This document shows positions 57,413 to 64,000 of a stretch of 64,000 nt of DNA, piece after piece. Within the stretch, counting starts at the first letter, position 1. Every line of letters starts with the position of its first letter. Under the pieces are notes generated by a model. That model saw only the letters and a program-made list of their open reading frames with translations, was not told the DNA's origin and searched no databases. Both the position numbers and the translations under genes were made by a program. The stretch is from Candidatus Omnitrophica bacterium UBA6253 (GTDB lineage: Bacteria; Omnitrophota; Gorgyraeia; Gygaellales; Profunditerraquicolaceae): assembly GCA_002441245.1 (NCBI GenBank), contig DJVP01000012.1:192719-256718 (forward strand), given 5' to 3'.

Positions 57413-59074
57413 TTACCCATCATATGTAGAATAGAAATATGGGGTGTGCGCCATGAACTCCGCGGCGCAGGTATCAACCAGCTTGAAATCCGGGAAGATA
57501 TTCATAGATTTCCTTAAAGCATAAACCTCTGCCTGGCTCAAAGACAAAAGCTTGGCCAGTTGTTTATCGCTAAAACCATACTCCTTGGCCTTCCTGATCA
57601 ATTCAGCCGAAAGGTTACGCTTATCCTTAAGCAAATCTTTTTCGCAATCAATAATCTCTTTTATGTTATACAAAAACCATCGGTCAATCTTAGTTAATTC
57701 ATGAATTTCTTCAATATCCAGGTTAACGCGAAATGCATCTGCTATATAAAAAATCCTATCTGCGTTAGGTTGCCTTAGTTTCTGATAAACCTTATCTAAA
57801 ATACCATCTTCAATTTTGATATTATCCAGGTCGCTAAAAAGGATGCTTTCTAAACCGGACTTTTTAATCTCCAGCGAACGCAGCCCCTTCTGCAATGCTT
57901 CTTTGAATGTGCGGCCGATAGCCATAGCCTCTCCGACCGATTTCATGGAAATCCCCAGGCTGCTCTCGGCTAAAGCAAATTTCTCAAAAGTAAACCGGGG
58001 GATCTTTACCACACAATAATCAATAGCCGGTTCAAAACAAGCGGGTGTTAAACGTGTGATATCATTGGGTATTTCATCTAGGGTGTATCCAACGGCAAGC
58101 TTAGCCGCAATTTTAGCGATAGGAAAACCCGTAGCTTTTGACGATAGCGCTGAGCTGCGCGAAACCCTCGGGTTCATCTCAATGATAACCATTCTCCCGG
58201 TCTCAGGGTGCACTGCAAATTGTATGTTTGAACCGCCTGTTTCAACGCCAATCTCGCGGATACAAGCAATAGCGGCATCGCGCATCAACTGGTATTGTTT
58301 ATCGGTTAACGTCTGGATAGGGGCCACCGTAATACTATCTCCGGTATGTATGCCCATAGGATCAAGATTTTCAATAGTACAAATAACCACTACGTTATCT
58401 TTTAAATCCCGCATTACCTCCAGCTCAAATTCTTTCCAGCCCAGCACAGATTCCTCAACCAGGATCTCGCTGATCATGCTTGACTCAAGGCCCCGCTTAG
58501 CTAAAACCTTGAACTCTTCAATATTATAAGCGATTGACCCGCCTCCGCCTCCTAAAGTAAAACTAGGCCGGATAATCAGAGGAAAACCTATTTTTTCTGC
58601 AACAACAAGCGCCTCACTCAAATTATAAGCCCGGCCACTTTTAGGTAAATCTAAACCAATTTTTTCCATCGCGGACTTAAATAACTGACGGTCCTCGCCT
58701 TTTTTAATCGCTTTTATATTAGCTCCAATAGTTTCAACCTTATATTTTCTTAACACTCCTTTTTCTGCCAATTCTACAGTGGTATTCAAAGCAGTCTGGC
58801 CTCCAAGAGTAGGCAGAAGTGCATCCGGCCTTTCTTTGGCAATAATCTTCTCTACCGAATCAGCGGTAATCGGCTCAATATAAGTCTTGTCGGCTATTTC
58901 AGGATCAGTCATGATTGTCGCTGGATTAGAATTTACCAGGATTATTTTAAAACCTTCTTGCTTTAAGACCTTACATGCCTGAGTGCCGGAATAATCAAAC
59001 TCGCAGGCCTGGCCTATAACAATGGGGCCAGAACCAATAATCAATATTTTACTGATATCTTTTCTCTTAGGCAT
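57413..59074 (-). CDS. carB: Carbamoyl-phosphate synthase large subunit, N-terminal half only (split carB)
   Basis: 553 aa covering the first ATP-grasp and oligomerisation domains. Ends ...[21 protein letters not shown] followed by a stop, exactly where the second half begins in full-length CarB. Confidence 0.85.
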   Translation of the reverse strand: MPKRKDISKILIIGSGPIVIGQACEFDYSGTQACKVLKQEGFKIILVNSNPATIMTDPEIADKTYIEPITADSVEKIIAKERPDALLPTLGGQTALNTTVELAEKGVLRKYKVETIGANIKAIKKGEDRQLFKSAMEKIGLDLPKSGRAYNLSEALVVAEKIGFPLIIRPSFTLGGGGGSIAYNIEEFKVLAKRGLESSMISEILVEESVLGWKEFELEVMRDLKDNVVVICTIENLDPMGIHTGDSITVAPIQTLTDKQYQLMRDAAIACIREIGVETGGSNIQFAVHPETGRMVIIEMNPRVSRSSALSSKATGFPIAKIAAKLAVGYTLDEIPNDITRLTPACFEPAIDYCVVKIPRFTFEKFALAESSLGISMKSVGEAMAIGRTFKEALQKGLRSLEIKKSGLESILFSDLDNIKIEDGILDKVYQKLRQPNADRIFYIADAFRVNLDIEEIHELTKIDRWFLYNIKEIIDCEKDLLKDKRNLSAELIRKAKEYGFSDKQLAKLLSLSQAEVYALRKSMNIFPDFKLVDTCAAEFMAHTPYFYSTYDG

Positions 59075-59077
59075 AGC

Positions 59078-60175
59078 TTAATGTTTTCGTTTCTTAGATT
59101 TCTGCATTAACTTTGTAAATTCGGCAAATAAATATTTGGAGTCGTGCGGCCCGGGAGAAGCTTCAGGATGAAATTGCACGCAAAATAACGGAAGCTTCTT
59201 ATGGCGCAACCCTTCTAAGGTGGAGTCATTTAGATTTACATGAGTCAATTCAACATCTTTTTTATTCAATGAATCTATGTCCACGCAAAAACCGTGATTC
59301 TGGCTGGTTATGGAAACCTTACCCGTCCTTAAATCTTTTACCGGATGATTTGCTCCGTGGTGGCCAAACTTAAGCTTGTAAGTTTTTCCCCCTAAGGCAA
59401 GACCAAGTATTTGATGCCCCAGGCAGATTCCAAAGATAGGAAGTTTACCGATAAGTTTGGCTGTTGTTTCAACCACATAATCTACAGCCGCAGGATCACC
59501 TGGGCCGTTAGAAAGCAACAAGCCATCAGGTTCGGTTTCAAGAATCCCCTCAGTAGTTGTCTGCGCAGGCAATACCACTGAATTACAATTATTGCGCGCC
59601 AATTCTTTTAATATATTGTATTTTACCCCACAGTCTAAGACTGCAACCTTATATTTAGCATCTTTAGACCAGGCGTAATTATATTTTCTGGGAATACTGA
59701 CCTCCTTAACCAAATCTATACCAATCAGCCCGCGGCAATTTTTAGCCTTCTCAATTAAGCTGGCCTCATCGGGATCCTGCGTAGAAAGGACTGCCTTCAT
59801 TGCCCCCTTTTCCCTTATATGTAAAGTAAGCTCCCTGGTATCAATACCCTCAATCCCCAAAATATTGTTTTCTTTTAAATATTCCCCTAAGGACTGTTCT
59901 TTTTTCCAATTACTGGCTATCTTGCTATACTCCTTTACCACAAAGCCTTCCAGAAAAGGCCTGCGGCTTTCTGCATCCTCTTTATTAATTCCATAATTCC
60001 CCATTAAAGGATAAGTCATCACTACCATCTGGCCTTTATAGGATGGATCCGTAATAATCTCCTGGTAACCGGACATACTGGTATTAAAAACAACCTCTCC
60101 GGTACGTTCACCGCTTGCGCCAAATGAAACGCCTCTGAATACTTTACCATCTTCTAAAACAAGCAAGGCCTGCAT
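59078..60175 (-). CDS. carA: Carbamoyl-phosphate synthase small (glutaminase) subunit
   Basis: GICLGHQ and HPE triad motifs. Confidence 0.9.
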   Translation of the reverse strand: MQALLVLEDGKVFRGVSFGASGERTGEVVFNTSMSGYQEIITDPSYKGQMVVMTYPLMGNYGINKEDAESRRPFLEGFVVKEYSKIASNWKKEQSLGEYLKENNILGIEGIDTRELTLHIREKGAMKAVLSTQDPDEASLIEKAKNCRGLIGIDLVKEVSIPRKYNYAWSKDAKYKVAVLDCGVKYNILKELARNNCNSVVLPAQTTTEGILETEPDGLLLSNGPGDPAAVDYVVETTAKLIGKLPIFGICLGHQILGLALGGKTYKLKFGHHGANHPVKDLRTGKVSITSQNHGFCVDIDSLNKKDVELTHVNLNDSTLEGLRHKKLPLFCVQFHPEASPGPHDSKYLFAEFTKLMQKSKKRKH

Positions 60176-60177
60176 AA

Positions 60178-61794
<1,617 letters not shown>

Positions 61795-61934
61795 TTAACT
61801 TGTAGCCCCATTAAAAAGGCGCTTAGTGCCGATAATACGGCCCTAAACGCCTTTGTTTGTATAATTATAACACAGCTAATTTGATTGTCAAATTCTTTTC
61901 TTTAGGTATAAGGGGCCAAGATGGGTATTTCCCG

Positions 61935-63266
61935 CTAAGCTAACTGCAGATACTCCCTGCCCTCTTTCCAGGGGTTAAGATAACGTTCAATACTTAAACT
62001 GTTATCTTGAATCAAATCAACCAGGCGCCTTTTATCTTTAGGAAAGACTATTTCAACTTTTGGCCTCCGGATATCAGACTCATTCTCATCTTTGACTAAG
62101 GCGATACTTCCGTCATTTAACGCCACTACCGAACCAACCGGCCAAAAACCCATAAACCTAAAAAACTTATCCAATAGCTCAGGATCAAAAGCACTTCCCC
62201 TGTCTTTATTCATGATATTGTAAACTACATCCGGGGAATAATCCTGCTTGTATCCTCTCCTCTGCGACAGAGCGTCATAAACATCACAGATAGCGACGAT
62301 TGAAGAAACTATATGCTGTTTTCTTAACAAAGGCATTCGCGGATATCCGGAAGAGTCATATTTTAAATGATGCTCAAAACTAACTACCACCGGCAAAATT
62401 CCCAAACTATCGACATATTCAAACATAAACTCAGCGCCCAAAACCGTATGACTCTTAATACGGTTAAACTCCTGTTCGCTAAGCTTGTCTGGTTTATGTA
62501 AAGTTTTGCGCGAAATATACAATTTTCCGATGTCATGGAAAAGCGCAGCCACGCCGATATCCAATATATCATTCTTCTCGAAACCTAGGCGAGAGGCAAA
62601 ATACATGGCAAAAATGGAAACATTGAGCATGTGCACATAAATCTCCGCATCATACCTTTTTACCGTAGCTAATTTTAAAAGCTCTTGACGCTGAGTACCT
62701 AAACTATCAATAATATTATTTAAGGAAAATTTAAGCCCTAGCGGGTCAATCTTTTCAGAATTAAGCACGCTAGATAAAACCTGGCTAACCCTATCCATAG
62801 AAGAATTATAAAGTTCAAGTTGATTACCCGCAAGAATATCATTTTCTTTCCTTCCGTCAACTTTCAATTTTCCTATGCTTATATTTTGCACTCCAATATG
62901 AACCAATAATACCTGGGGATCTGTTTTAAAATCCTCTTTCGGGCCGGCGAGAAGGCCTACGAATTTACCCAGCTCTTCTTTGCTTAATCCGCTATAAAAA
63001 GCAAGCCTTTCAATATTTCTTTCTTTTAGATACAGGATCGCTGATCTCAAAAGCTTGCCTAAATCAAAAAGAATTTCTTTTTCGAAAGCAAGTTCATCCC
63101 CCACAATACCGATAACCATCTCCTGGCGTTGCGCTAAAACATCCTCAAAAGCCGCATAAGCTTTATCCAGAGATTTCTGAAACATGGGATGCATTGTGCC
63201 ATACATCTTGGCAGTTTGAAGACAGGTGAGCAATTCCTTAAAAGCTTTTTCAACTTTAGCTAGCAT
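61935..63266 (-). CDS. HD-GYP domain protein (putative c-di-GMP phosphodiesterase) with N-terminal domain of unknown function
   Basis: HDIGK...HH...DSSGYPRM motifs. Confidence 0.8.
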   Translation of the reverse strand: MLAKVEKAFKELLTCLQTAKMYGTMHPMFQKSLDKAYAAFEDVLAQRQEMVIGIVGDELAFEKEILFDLGKLLRSAILYLKERNIERLAFYSGLSKEELGKFVGLLAGPKEDFKTDPQVLLVHIGVQNISIGKLKVDGRKENDILAGNQLELYNSSMDRVSQVLSSVLNSEKIDPLGLKFSLNNIIDSLGTQRQELLKLATVKRYDAEIYVHMLNVSIFAMYFASRLGFEKNDILDIGVAALFHDIGKLYISRKTLHKPDKLSEQEFNRIKSHTVLGAEFMFEYVDSLGILPVVVSFEHHLKYDSSGYPRMPLLRKQHIVSSIVAICDVYDALSQRRGYKQDYSPDVVYNIMNKDRGSAFDPELLDKFFRFMGFWPVGSVVALNDGSIALVKDENESDIRRPKVEIVFPKDKRRLVDLIQDNSLSIERYLNPWKEGREYLQLA

Positions 63267-63999
63267 TCCACTCCTTTAATATTCCAACCGCCTTAATACG
63301 TAATTCCCTATTCCACAAGAATTTCCTGCGGCTTAGTTGCCTGATATAACTAACCGCCTCAATAAACCGTAAATCAAAAGCAATCTGCATATTCTCGATA
63401 AGAAGCTTATTTTTATTTCCTAAAAAGCTGTGGATTCCAAACAGCAAATCCAAGGCATATTTTTTTGCTTGTGGGTCCAATATCAAGACAGAAAGCAGCC
63501 CATTTCTAAGTAATAACGAATTCGTATTGAACTGGCGCGTAAGAAACGCAATATCCACCTTCTTTAATTTACGCATGGCTTTTAATGATTCAGATTTAAC
63601 CAATTCATTAGCGGAAAGGTAGATATGTTCTAATACACTCAGGGTTACAGGAGTATCAATCTGGCCTAGTGCATCGGTTAAACTGCCGAGAAATTCTGTA
63701 TCCTGAATTTTTTGATTCAATTTCTCATAAAAATCTTTCAGGTTGCCCTGAAACAATCTTAAAAATAAACCCAAAACCTGCTTATTTGCTTTATCGGTAG
63801 CAAATATTTTATCCAGGTATATACTCGACTCCTTACTAGGAGCGGAAATCATTTCCAAAAGAAATTCCTGCTCAGAAACAAGGAGGCCGTTTAAGGCAGC
63901 GTTCTCAACAAAAGAAGAATAACTTTTTTCGAGATCAATACACGCCTTTATGCCATCTTTCTTCCTTTCAAGCAACAGGGCCCAAATATCTTTCAGCAA
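63256..63999 (-). CDS. Hypothetical alpha-helical protein, N-terminus possibly beyond the window
   Basis: ORF reaches the window edge and overlaps the HD-GYP start by 11 nt. Confidence 0.4.
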   Translation of the reverse strand: MLKDIWALLLERKKDGIKACIDLEKSYSSFVENAALNGLLVSEQEFLLEMISAPSKESSIYLDKIFATDKANKQVLGLFLRLFQGNLKDFYEKLNQKIQDTEFLGSLTDALGQIDTPVTLSVLEHIYLSANELVKSESLKAMRKLKKVDIAFLTRQFNTNSLLLRNGLLSVLILDPQAKKYALDLLFGIHSFLGNKNKLLIENMQIAFDLRFIEAVSYIRQLSRRKFLWNRELRIKAVGILKEWNAS

Positions 64000-64000
64000 A

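Overview
This is about 64 kb of bacterial chromosome. Coding density is high and roughly 70 of about 76 genes sit on the minus strand. GC is roughly 40-45%. LpxB and an MsbA-like exporter point to a Gram-negative envelope, and a pyruvate:ferredoxin oxidoreductase operon with ferredoxin and a ferritin-like protein suggests an anaerobic lifestyle. No CRISPR array, transposase, integrase or obvious prophage was seen.

Content from left to right:
- An SPFH/band-7 operon with two small partner proteins of unknown type.
- A purine de novo operon (purB, a purS-purS-purL fusion, a LOG-family gene, purQ, a purF paralog with Ser in place of the catalytic Cys, canonical purF, purM).
- A divergent pair made of an XRE-family regulator and a Cys-rich secreted protein, with a perfect palindrome between them, followed by a RadC-like gene.
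- A PpiD-like chaperone gene ending in a clear bidirectional terminator.
- Ferredoxin, a ferritin-like protein, and porGDAB behind a near-consensus sigma-70 promoter.
- Assorted housekeeping genes, including a short MetE-like protein, YbaB, a TlpA-like oxidoreductase, CcdA, CutA, the peptidoglycan editing factor PgeF, RmuC, a TtcA-like PP-loop ATPase, malQ, pilD, aroE and leuA.
- ilvDBNC, fba, pfkA, ahcY, metK and a sugar-phosphate nucleotidyltransferase.
- A permease-less PTS regulatory cluster (ptsI, ptsH, yvcK, ptsN).
- tRNA-Gly, tRNA-Leu and tRNA-Lys.
- frr, pyrH, tsf, rpsB and an MsbA-like ABC exporter.
- A Gfo/Idh/MocA oxidoreductase overlapping lpxB, an M48 peptidase, rpmA and a beta-CASP MBL-fold nuclease.
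- A DUF1846 protein, the N-terminal half only of carB, then carA, pyrG, an HD-GYP protein and a hypothetical gene that runs off the window edge.

The most interesting items are the purF pair with a Cys1-to-Ser paralog, the embedded LOG gene, the PurS-PurS-PurL fusion, a roughly 90-nt element present twice in intergenic regions, the regulator/operator/secreted-protein module, the split carB, and the GnnA-like oxidoreductase coupled to lpxB.
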